This document shows, one piece after another, positions 37,947 through 49,342 of a stretch of 56,094 nucleotides of DNA (its first letter is position 1; every line of letters begins with the position of its first letter). Made by a program: the position numbers and the translations under genes. The stretch comes from Octopus bimaculoides (taxonomy: Eukaryota). The notes below the pieces were generated by a model. It had not been told where the DNA came from. It was given only the letters and a program-made list of their open reading frames with translations, and did no database searches. The DNA is taken from assembly GCF_001194135.2 (NCBI RefSeq), contig NC_069001.1:29714913-29771006 (forward strand), in the 5' to 3' direction.

Positions 37947-38663
37947 AAAAATTATGTATAAACATTTCACGAAAAAAAAGTAAACCGACTTGAATTTTGC
38001 TCCGCGGGAAACATGTTGGCTTTTACTTTAGGGATGATTGAAATCTGTACCACAATCTTGCAAGACCAATCTCCTCAGCCACAGAAGCAATAATGTGATA
38101 ATGAATATATGTTTGTTTTCATATTTGTATTATGCATGCATCGCATATGAAAACACATACGCATATGTAATTTTACTTGTCTCAATAATTACAGTTTCCT
38201 TCGTCCTAACTCTACATTTTTTTTCTGTCATAGAATAAATTGTTGGTTTCCCACATTTTACAGCAAACTTATTATTTTTAATGCTACCGAGGACTTCTAA
38301 CGAAGTTTCTTTGCGCTTCAGGTTATCATTTTCTCGCAATTGCTTTTCTTTGATTAGTTTTTTTCATTAACGTTAACATCAATTATTTTCAGACTTTCCA
38401 TAATATTTTTTTCTTATTAGTGTTTCTCATCTTTATCCTCGTTATCTGACTTTCACAGAGCCATCATTTCTTATCTATGTCTACAACAACGTCCCCATTC
38501 CTCATTGGACTATCTACCGCGATATGTTAACTTGTCAAAGTGAATGAGCATAATTTCTTAAGAAGCAGAGACAAAGGCCAAGTTAACAACTGCAGGGACA
38601 TTGCACGCAAATATTGAACTCGCTCGAAATAGCAGTTAAATGAGCAAAACTAATATACCCTAA

Positions 38664-38865
38664 TCTTCGTAGCCAAGTTCCCTCAACTTCTAAAACGTCA
38701 TTAGTGAAACGTGTGGTCGAGCATTGTCATGAAGAATGACTGGCCCTCATTTGTTGACCAGTCTGTAACAGAGAAGTTGCAGTTTTTCGTTCATTTTGGC
38801 AATTTCACGGCAATATGTTTCAGCAGTAATGGTTTGTCCGGGTTTTAAGAAGTTACAGAAAATGT
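38664..38865 (-). mobile_element. Second mariner transposase fragment
   Basis: Minus-strand translation NFLKPGQTITAETYCREIAKMNEKLQLLCYRLVNK*GPVILHDNARPHVSLMTF*KLRELGYE contains the diagnostic LHDNARPH. Confidence 0.9.
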
Positions 38866-39686
38866 GTACGCTATATGTCCCACAGAAAATGTGGATTGAA
38901 AATTTTGACTTCTCTTGGATTATTCATTGGTATTTGCGTGTTTTGTTCTTCTTTTTCATGTACATATTTCATATAAATAAAGCTGTGTGGGCGTCTGAAA
39001 GATAGAAAGAACATCTCTTACGCGTTTCTAGACCAGCTAGAGATAGAACTCATGTCACGTAAAAAGAAACTATACACTTCATTTGATAAACTGATCCTAA
39101 ATACACATATGTATGAGGCTAAATGTATGGTTAAAGCGCATTCGGGAAAATGGTAAAAATGTTCGATCACGATTGTCCTAGGATTAAGCAACCCTCATAG
39201 CATAATTCTCAAGACCTTCAGTATTCCGTCTTTACAGTTATTCGAGCGAATATACGCCATTATATTACAGAAAATGATATATCAACCAGCAGGAATGGAC
39301 AAGGAATTGTATTTTTTAATGACGATCCCTCAGAGACAGCATGCTTGACAAACGTAGCAGAAAAATGTCTTGCAGTAGTGTTTTTCAAAACGTCATTGTC
39401 AGAGATCGCATCTGTTATCGAGAAGGTAGGAATGGAATGGAAATGTTCAACATGGCGTATGAAAATAAACATAACCATCACGAAAATTAAAAATAACGAA
39501 TAAAAAAAATAACGAAATAAAAGATTCACCACGCCGTAGACTTTGAAAGGTCTAAACACACAAACGTATTCGAAAAAGAGCGTACACGACAATTGCACAC
39601 TAATAGCGACACAGCAGTGTATAAGTTATACATATCTACCTGCCTGTCTATTTACATATACACGCACACATCTAGGTGTGTATATG

Positions 39687-39717
<31 letters not shown>

Positions 39718-40716
39718 NNNNNNNNNNNNNNNNNNNNNNNNNNNNNNNNNNNNNNNNNNNNNNNNNNNNNNNNNNNNNNNNNNNNNNNNNNNNNNNNNNN
39801 NNNNNNNNNNNNNNNNNNNNNNNNNNNNNNNNNNNNNNNNNNNNNNNNNNNNNNNNNNNNNNNNNNNNNNNNNNNNNNNNNNNNNNNNNNNNNNNNNNNN
39901 NNNNNNNNNNNNNNNNNNNNNNNNNNNNNNNNNNNNNNNTATATATATATATATATATATATATATTGGCTAAATAAAATATTGCTTGCTTTACAATAAA
40001 GATATTATATTTACGACAAAGATCTGCACCAAACTTACATGTTCTTTTGTCCACATGGTTGGATATAATCCATAAGAGAGTGTTAGTTTTGCTTCAAGCG
40101 GAATACAAAGTAGTACGTCAATGTAAAACGCTTGTTTCCAGAAAACATTTGATGCGATGGAAATGCATTTATGCATACATACTAACACACACGTTGTCAC
40201 GTAGAGAAACACATATCTTTATACGCATTTATCCAAGAAAAACAAAATAAGTTTATATAAGTATAGAAGTGTGTGTTTCAGCGTATGTGCTTCTTTGGTG
40301 TATAAAATAATTATATCCCTATACGTATTATTGTGTAAGGTAATTGTATTGTATGTATGTGCCAGTTTCAGTTTGTATGTGTTGGCTGTGGGTGTCATTG
40401 TGCCTGGGCATAACAAGAAATTCAGCGTATTTTCTTCATGCAGTTGTAGAGTTGAAGATATTTGTTACCACCAATGTTTCTCGCTAACGAATATCATAGG
40501 ATATTTCTGGCAAAAATGTGAATATATCATTACAGAATATGCTCAGTGTCAGAAATAAAGCGTCTTAGCATATTTTATATTATATCACACATTATGCATT
40601 GAATTATATAAATTTTCCTGCTCATATGTCACTATTTAGAACTAAACATAAACAGTAGACATAATTTTAAAACAAACTTGAAAATACATTTGTTGACAAA
40701 TGTTACCGGATACAGT

Positions 40717-40855
40717 CTCACGGCTTGGCACTTTCGTCGGCCCGAGGTTATAGTAGAAGACTAGTGTGTCAGGCTTAGGCATGTGTCATCCAATATAATC
40801 TCAGGCTGAGTAGATTTGGTAGAAAGTAACTGAAAGAAATCCGTCATATATATGT
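40717..40855. mobile_element. Two head-to-head SINE family A fragments
   Basis: gtcggcccgaggttatagtagaagac is the minus orientation; ggcatgtgtcatccaatataatctcagg...gagtagatttggtagaaagtaactgaaagaaatccgtcatata is the plus orientation. Confidence 0.7.
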
Positions 40856-41412
40856 GTATGAATTTGTGTATTTGTGTATTTGTGTGTGTGTGTGTGTATT
40901 TGTGCGTTTTCCGCTTTCATATTCTGCGATGTTCATTTTTGCTTGCTTCTTTTATGCTCGACAAAATAATTATCAGGAAATATTATGAAAGGTTTCAAAA
41001 AAAGCTTTCACCAAAAATGGGTAGAATTATTTATTAAAATTAAGCTTTCACAAAAACAACACATGTACACACACACACGCATACACACGAAGAAGGACAC
41101 AGAAAAACACAAACAAACAAACGCACACATCCAAGCACACACACACACACACGGACACAATCTGGATGGAAATAATATCCACAATTATTGCGCCACGACA
41201 CTGTTGGTGCAACTGCTCATACATTCCAACATTAACTAGTATTGCAAGATATTGTTTTAATTCCTGCTCATCACTACTTTCATCTCTCTCCCTTTGACTA
41301 CTGCGTCAGTCTGTCTCTCTCTCTCTCTCTGTCAACCTCTCCCTCTCCCTACATATGTATATGTATGCCTGTGTGTATATATATGAGTGTATATATGGAT
41401 ATATATATATAT

Positions 41413-41454
<42 letters not shown>

Positions 41455-41460
41455 GTATGT

Positions 41461-41507
<47 letters not shown>

Positions 41508-42358
41508 AACGCATGCACAGAGATCACATATTTTTCAGTTACACGGAATGGTGCCTAGCAACAAACACCGTATTTAATATCAGGATCAAGCTTCTACACA
41601 GAGAATTACATAATCTACATATAACCTTAATATGCTATGCTCTGGAGATTACTGTTTTTGCTTAATCCGATGTTTCCTTTGATCTGGAAGACACTTGATC
41701 AAAGGATTTCTATTCATGCCTATCCCATTCATTTTGTAACCAGGACCTAATTTATCTGGAAACACAATATCCCTGGGACATGTCTTCTTATAACACAATT
41801 GAGGCTTATTAAATCGTAATGCACCTGAATTTTGTAACAATAAAATCGATGTTGTACAGGCTCTGATTATGAGAACTATGATAATGGTGATATCGTCGAT
41901 TGAAATCTAATACCATAGTAAGCCGGATTATGAAGTACAAACGTCTATTTTCTACCCGTGATCATCCCATTTTGTTTCGTAATCCTCAAATATTTAGAAC
42001 AATTTTTCTCCAAAGTTTATATAATTAAGTAAGATGTTAGGTTATGATTATTCATGATTCACTTTCCAAAAGTAGAATATCGAGTCACTCAGAACATTAT
42101 TTTCTTGTCGTTTACAATTCTACTGCTCATAATAGAGATTTTATAGAACTCAAAGAATGTAGGATAATCCATTTAATCTTCGTGGTTTCGTTTGAAATAA
42201 AGCTGATATATAACTAGCATTTCATTCTCTGAAGGTCGACGAGATAAAAGTCCACCACAGTAGATTAGAAAACATTTAAGATCGTTGTAACGGATGCAAT
42301 GTGTCCTGTTTTTTTTTTGTTTTTTTTTTTGCATTTTTACATAAAATCCTAACATTGT

Positions 42359-42593
42359 CTATTTGTGCGGCAGATGTAAGAGGTCATTCGGTTTAACTTT
42401 ACAATCGAGCATCATATAAGTAAGTCTGTAGCGAAGTGGATTAGCGGGACGATGGAACGGATATTTAATACAACGATACGTATCCTGTTTCTTTGCACTT
42501 TGAATTCAAATCTCAGCATAGCCTACTTTTGCGGCAGATGTAAGCAGTCACCGGTTTAACATCATATCCCGGCGTCACATAAGTCTATAGCGA
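42359..42593. repeat. Diverged direct repeat, about 75-bp core, 164-bp spacing
   Basis: gcggcagatgtaag at 42367 and 42531, each followed by gtca..cggtttaac...aagtct(g/a)tagcga. Confidence 0.8.
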
Positions 42594-43294
42594 TGCCAGG
42601 AATTAGATTCTCGTCTACAGTTTGAGTGAGGAAATGTTATTAGTTTCTTTCCGAAACCTTCGTAAGCCTTGCAAATAACTAAAGTCATATTCTATACAAA
42701 GAAAAAAAGTATGATGGGAAAATAATCTTGAAGAAGTTTATGATATTCACGATCATACTCAATTGTTGGTGATGATGGACGACGATGACAAGGCCGATGA
42801 TGACGACGACAGTGATAATAACGAGGATATTTATTAATTTGAGGATAATTATTTAATATCGATAATGAACATGGTGACACAAATGTGTGTCCTGGAGGTG
42901 CACATTTTCATGCGAACAGATATTCATAGTAATTTTCTACGCAACCTTTTCAGACACACATTTACATTGGCAAGTATTAAAGATTGAAATCAAACTATTC
43001 ATGTTCCTATTTCTAAAGTGAACGAACGCTACATTGAATATAATATCTCTTCTTAACCACCTGCGAAATAAAAATAATCGAGTTGGAAAGTGGGAGCGAA
43101 TTCCGAACAAGATAGATAAAGAAATGTTAATTGTAGCTTGAATTATTCTGAAGTCAAATATGTTTGGGGCTGCGTTACGGATGGATGGTAATAATTAATA
43201 TTGTCTATACGTATGTATATCAGTGTGCATTATTATATTAGGGTATAAGGATATGCATATGTGTATACATATCTTTATCTAGTTATCTTCGTTC

Positions 43295-43346
<52 letters not shown>

Positions 43347-44335
43347 NNNNNNNNNNNNNNNNNNNNNNNNNNNNNNNNNNNNNNNNNNNNNNNNNNNNNN
43401 NNNNNNNNNNNNNNNNNNNNNNNNNNNNNNNNNNNNNNNNNNNNNNNNNNNNNNNNNNNNNNNNNNNNNNNNNNNNNNNNNNNNNNNNNNNNNNNNNNNN
43501 NNNNNNNNNNNNNNNNNNNNNNNNNNNNNNNNNNNNNNNNNNNNNNNNNNNNNNNNNNNNNNNNNNNNNNNNNNNNNNNNNNNNNNNNNNNNNNNNNNNN
43601 NNNNNNNNNNNNNNNNNNNNNNNNNNNNNNNNNNNNNNNNNNNNNNNNNNNNNNNNNNNNNNNNNNNNNNNNNNNNNNNNNNNNNNNNNNNNNNNNNNNN
43701 NNNNNNNNNNNNNNNNNNNNNNNNNNNNNNNNNNNNNNNNNNNNNNNNNNNNNNNNNNNNNNNNNNNNNNNNNNNNNNNNNNNNNNNNNNNNNNNNNNNN
43801 NNNNNNNNNNNNNNNNNNNNNNNNNNNNNNNNNNNNNNNNNNNNNNNNNNNNNNNNNNNNNNNNNNNNNNNNNNNNNNNNNNNNNNNNNNNNNNNNNNNN
43901 NNNNNNNNNNNNNNNNNNNNNNNNNNNNNNNNNNNNNNNNNNNNNNNNNNNNNNNNNNNNNNNNNNNNNNNNNNNNNNNNNNNNNNNNNNNNNNNNNNNN
44001 NNNNNNNNNNNNNNNNNNNNNNNNNNNNNNNNNNNNNNNNNNNNNNNNNNNNNNNNNNNNNNNNNNNNNNNNNNNNNNNNNNNNNNNNNNNNNNNNNNNN
44101 NNNNNNNNNNNNNNNNNNNNNNNNNNNNNNNNNNNNNNNNNNNNNNNNNNNNNNNNNNNNNNNNNNNNNNNNNNNNNNNNNNNNNNNNNNNNNNNNNNNN
44201 NNNNNNNNNNNNNNNNNNNNNNNNNNNNNNNNNNNNNNNNNNNNNNNNNNNNNNNNNNNNNNNNNNNNNNNNNNNNNNNNNNNNNNNNNNNNNNNNNNNN
44301 NNNNNNNNNNNNNNNNNNNNNNNNNNNNNNNNNNN
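43347..44335. other. Largest assembly gap (989 N), flanked by (GT)n on both sides
   Basis: Direct read; source of the spurious 376-423 aa ORFs. Confidence 1.
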
Positions 44336-44413
<78 letters not shown>

Positions 44414-45578
44414 TTCTCTTGTCACTCAGTTATATTTCTAGGAATTCGTGGAGGCCTGTTCCTGCTTTCTTGTACGTTAGTATTCCTGTATGTTAGTATT
44501 GCAAAACGTGATATCTATATAAAGTACAGAAATATCCGATATAACGAGAATGTACATTATTTAGTGAACATTATTTAGTACTCTAAAACGGATATACGTA
44601 CATAAGATTTCATGAGAATTATTAACATTCTATATATGCAAGTATGGGAATAACTCTTATCATATAATTACACTTCATTTATTTTTGCATCTAATATTAA
44701 AAATCGTTGGATTTTAAATTTCCGAATTTTTCTCTATAATTTCCCAGAACGTAATATTTTTATATTTTAAATCGTATCTAATTTTTGGGCCTTTCTATAT
44801 ATTTGATTTTAAATCAAAGACGATATGACTGTCTGGCACATTACATTGAGGTTTGTTGATCCAAAACTGACCTTTTCCTATCAATAAATTTGAGATAACT
44901 TGTAAGTAGGTATAGATTTCCTTATGTATTCGCAAAAATTTGACTGCATTTCTTTAATGCTCATAAAACTCAATAGAAATACAGTTTTTTTTATTATAAA
45001 ACAAGCTAAAAACCATCAAAGCAAATGATAAAAGCAGACGTTAGCATATAAATATTTTTCAGCTCTCAAAATATTATATATATTTCTGTAATGCTGAAGG
45101 TTATTCGATTTTTCTCCGTTAGTATTATGCACAAGTTGTCTTTTTCATTATTTATTTGAATAATTTTTGTATAGGTAAATATATCTTACAGGATACAATT
45201 GATTATAGATTAGACTATTTCACATATCATTAAACACTACATCGAACTTAAATTTCCTTTAGATTCAGTTTGTTTTTTGACGATGTTTACAGGTATTTTG
45301 GTGTAAAGGTGGAAGATAGAAATGTGTTTGTATTGTTAAGTCCATGAGAATATCAATAAGCAAAAGTAATTTTATTTCGTAGATTTTTGTTTAGCTAATA
45401 CTATTTCTGTGCAGTGAATAGTGGTATCGATATCCAGCATTTCTTATTCTTAACCAGTAAGTTATGCTAAGGGTAAATCACGCAACACGTTCTAAAACGC
45501 AAATATAGCGAGTAATGTAAATATTACTTGCATGAAAAGCTGAAAAGCGCCGCCATGTAAGGATGCGTTTATAAGTAT

Positions 45579-45580
<2 letters not shown>

Positions 45581-45666
<86 letters not shown>
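45581..45666. repeat. (GT)43 microsatellite
   Basis: Direct read. Confidence 0.95.
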
Positions 45667-45668
<2 letters not shown>

Positions 45669-45705
45669 TGATAGATAGATAGATATATACATATACACTA
45701 TATGT

Positions 45706-45748
<43 letters not shown>

Positions 45749-47377
45749 CTTACATATATATCTATACACACACATGCACACACAGACACACAAAAACACA
45801 CAAGCACTAGGTATTCGATTTTCACTTCTGATTTAGTATTGTTCTTTCTTTACTATCTTCTATCTGAAAATCTTTCTGCACACATCCTGTATTCTGTGGC
45901 TTCTTCAGTGACTCAACATCTGATCTTTCTGCTTTTATTTAAAAAAAAGAATAGTCCACAGACACACAAACATGCACATACACATACACATATATATTTT
46001 TTTATATATCGTACAGTTTGATTTCCTAATTGCAACATTATAAATGTAATTATTGTTCAGATTTATGTACATTACACAGATTGACTACATCTAATTCTCA
46101 AACAAACTTCTTAGTGTATCAACCTCAGAACACGGTGATTTTTAAAGAATTTTTAAAACTATTATGAACTTATTTTTATAAAATATTATGTCACACTACA
46201 ATGACAGATAGAGAATTTATTTATTTTCATTTCGATATTTTGTTCATTTCAGTCACTGAAATTATATACTTATTAGTAAATTGTTGAATGAAAGGCATGT
46301 TATGATTTTGAAAACGTACTTAATTACTAACATAATTTTCACATAATTATCTGATTTTCTCAAGCTTCTGATATATCATACGATTTTAATAAAATGCTCG
46401 TGCATGCAATTTGTGCATTGTGAGATTGAATCTGAAACCTAATTCAAAGAAAAAAATAATTTGCTGTGAAACTTGATCACTTCATTAAGGTGAGAGCTAT
46501 GTATGATTCCATCTAGTTCATAGTGTTCCTGATCTCGTTATATCCATCTCTGTGCATACATTCTCTCACTATATTTTGTAGTGTAGACAATTGCTTTATA
46601 CTTGGTAATTGGCCCATTACATAAATTCCCACATTGAGGTTGTACTGGATATGGCTCTATGATTTCCGATTTGATGCTGTACAATAACATATATATCACA
46701 GGCTAAATTCATAGACGTTGTGCGTAATATTTTAAACATGAAGTCGTGGGTGAGACTTTCCTTCCATGAATCATGATTTTTTTTTTTGTTGGCAGTTTCA
46801 TATTTTGTGTCATGTAGTGGTAACTAAAATAATATATTCTTTTATGATTTACAACACGAGTGAAAAATCAAACTCATTTTGCTAGCAATTCGCCTCTTGT
46901 ACGCAGTCTTCTGGTTTGCACACAATTGCCACCAATTGTCGCTTGATTATATGACTGGATGATTTAATCATAATTACACTCATCGAGGACTTATCTTGGA
47001 CTATAAAAGAAAAAATTATATGCGGGCTCCTTTGCCTGGACACGGAACTGGATTTTTTGTGAAGCATGTTTGCTTTGTTCTACATACGTTTTAAATCTGC
47101 TTTACATATTTAAATGCAAATAATTGTATAGTGCAAATTGCATTCAATTAAATGCACATAATTCTACGCAAATAATTGTATAGTGGCATTTCGGGATAGG
47201 GATTCTTGACAGACAAATCTATACAGTTTAACTCTGATATACAGCTAGGTGTTATATTTGAGCTAAAGAGGAAATTGCCCCTAGAAAAAACACCGGTATA
47301 CTAGCGCTTAGACAATACTAAAAAAAAACTATATTATAATTTTAAAATTCCCTTCCGTATGAATGTCTTGTTGTATT

Positions 47378-47447
47378 ATATACCAGAAGATAAAATGGTA
47401 TCTAAAGCACTGATATACCAGAAGATAAAATGATATCTAAAGCACTG
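47378..47447. repeat. 35-bp tandem duplication (1 mismatch)
   Basis: atataccagaagataaaatg(g/a)tatctaaagcactg twice. Confidence 0.92.
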
Positions 47448-48039
47448 TTTCAATGGACTGTTGGTGTTTCAATCTGTTGGTGATAAGATTTACATTTTCA
47501 TTGCCATAAACCGTTATATGAATTGAAAGTAAGAAAAAAACAAACAATTGTTTTTGACATATTTATCGTTATACAAGTGTAAAGGAAGTTGTTTTATTCA
47601 TTTTTGGCACGAAGCCACTAAAAAAAAAAATTGTAGGTTATTCTGGAGATGAAAATAGGAAATAATCAATTTTACAATATAATGACAGCCGATACATTTA
47701 GCAGCGATGTCATATAAATGAGTGTTCTGAGGATAAACAAGATGAGGTCGAAAATGATTATTGAGAGGAAATTCAAGGACTTATTTTTATATTACTTGAA
47801 CGGTTTTATTTCAATATGAAAAGAAAGAATACAAGTAATATTTTTACGTTGCGTTTTTAAGTGTGATAACATTAACGGTTTTGTTATAACCTGATTCACA
47901 TTTTTTAACGACTTTCTTCTAAATGCAATTTTTGGCTTGTTCAGAAAAGATATCTTTAGTTAAATGAAATCAAGGGAAATGCCATCTGGAGTATAATATT
48001 TTAAAATTATCACTAATAATACTATTACTAGTACCATCA

Positions 48040-48093
48040 CTGCTACTCTTGTTATTGCTACTGCTGTTGCTGCTGCTGCTGCTGCTACTGCTA

Positions 48094-48128
<35 letters not shown>

Positions 48129-48190
48129 ACTACTACTACTACTACTACAAATACGAATAATAATAATACTACGAATAATAATAATACTAC

Positions 48191-48229
<39 letters not shown>

Positions 48230-48241
48230 TAATAATAATAA
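48040..48241. repeat. Compound trinucleotide microsatellite (CTG)n-(CTA)n-(AAT)n
   Basis: Direct read; contiguous with the 3' end of the minus-strand SINE at 48258-48445. Confidence 0.92.
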
Positions 48242-48257
48242 TTTCTATTATAGCCAC

Positions 48258-48445
48258 TTGCCCAGCGATTTGGGGGAAGGTTTAGTCGATTACATCGACC
48301 CAATGGTCATCTGGTACTTATTTCCTTGACCACGAAATGATGAAAACCGAAGTCAAACTCGGTGGAATTTGAGGTCAGAAAGTTAAGCGGGAGGAATTGA
48401 CGCAAAGCCTTTTGGCATTTTGTCTGTCGTACGAATGATTCAGAA
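48258..48445 (-). mobile_element. SINE family B, diverged
   Basis: gggggaagg...agtcgattacatcgacc...ctggtacttattt...gatgaaaaccgaagtcaaactcggtggaatttgag...gcattttgtc...aatgattc. Confidence 0.8.
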
Positions 48446-48454
48446 CTACCTAAT

Positions 48455-49050
48455 AAATAGAAAAGTAACGCATTATACGGGAAAATATGTACATGGAAGG
48501 TCGATCCTAATATCAACACAAATATGTGCTATCAGTGGTTGGTTAGATCTAGATTTAAATCAGAAATAATGCGTTATATTTCACCAGCTCAAGACCTATC
48601 CCTGTCCGAGACATTATCGAGCTACCTTTCTTAAAATTGGCAGTGGTCATTCCTGTCACTTTTGTGGGACAACCAATGAAATTATTCACTACCTCTTGTC
48701 TGACCGCTCTTCGTTAATCTCATCTAAGTATTCTAATCGCCATCATTATCTTTGTCTATATATGCACTGGATCATATATGTCAGTTTGTATCAACAGTAT
48801 CAAAGGTACAGTTAACAATTACATCGACGAAACATGTATGCTCATCCATATATTAATCTCATCGCATCTCAGATAAAAGATCTGTAACTGCATTGAGGGA
48901 ACTTGTTAGAGATTTCTGGAAAATGTGGTATCAAGAAAAACAAATGTAATTATTGTCATCGAAGCTTTGGATATAATAGGAAAAGGACATAATAAGAAAA
49001 GCCTAAGAAAATGAAGGATTTTTAAAGTATCATTAAATCTCTCAAATATA
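48455..49050 (+). mobile_element. R4/Dong-like non-LTR retrotransposon C-terminal (CCHC knuckle and RLE end) fragment, internally deleted
   Basis: YQWLVRSRFKSEIMRYISPAQDLSL, then YRATFLKIGSGHSCHFCGTTNEIIHYLLSDRSSLISSKYSNRHHYLCLYMHWII, then TNVIIVIEALDIIGKG. These match the R4-type motifs HQWL..AAQDQSL, CRxCxxxxETIxHLxSGC..YxxRHDxVxxYxHW and TIPVVIGALG. Confidence 0.85.
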
Positions 49051-49255
49051 ACAGGGAGCCCTTAAGGGAGTCTTGATTCTCAGTATTTAATCTCCTTTTC
49101 TCGCTGAAATATACCGTCACAACTTATAATTAAACCCTCAGTAAAACATCTAACTGTTCATTTATATCGCTTCGTGACGCTTGGAACAGCTTCTATATAA
49201 GAAAATAACATCAACAACGATACAATGGCAACGACGATGATGATGGCAACGACGA

Positions 49256-49256
<1 letters not shown>

Positions 49257-49340
<84 letters not shown>
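49257..49340. repeat. (GAC)28 perfect trinucleotide repeat
   Basis: 84 nt of uninterrupted GAC, preceded by degenerate GAT/GAC/GGCAAC units. Confidence 0.95.

Positions 49341-49342
<2 letters not shown>

Noticed and set aside
43261-44578. Long ORFs of 376-423 aa
   Set aside because: Made of N-gap and (GT)n sequence.
46940-47090. Gypsy integrase remnant (SLDYMTG…) or an exon
   Set aside because: A single short motif-like match without supporting downstream motifs.
47970-48285. Poly-Ser, poly-Ile and poly-Leu ORFs
   Set aside because: Translations of the compound trinucleotide microsatellite attached to a SINE tail.
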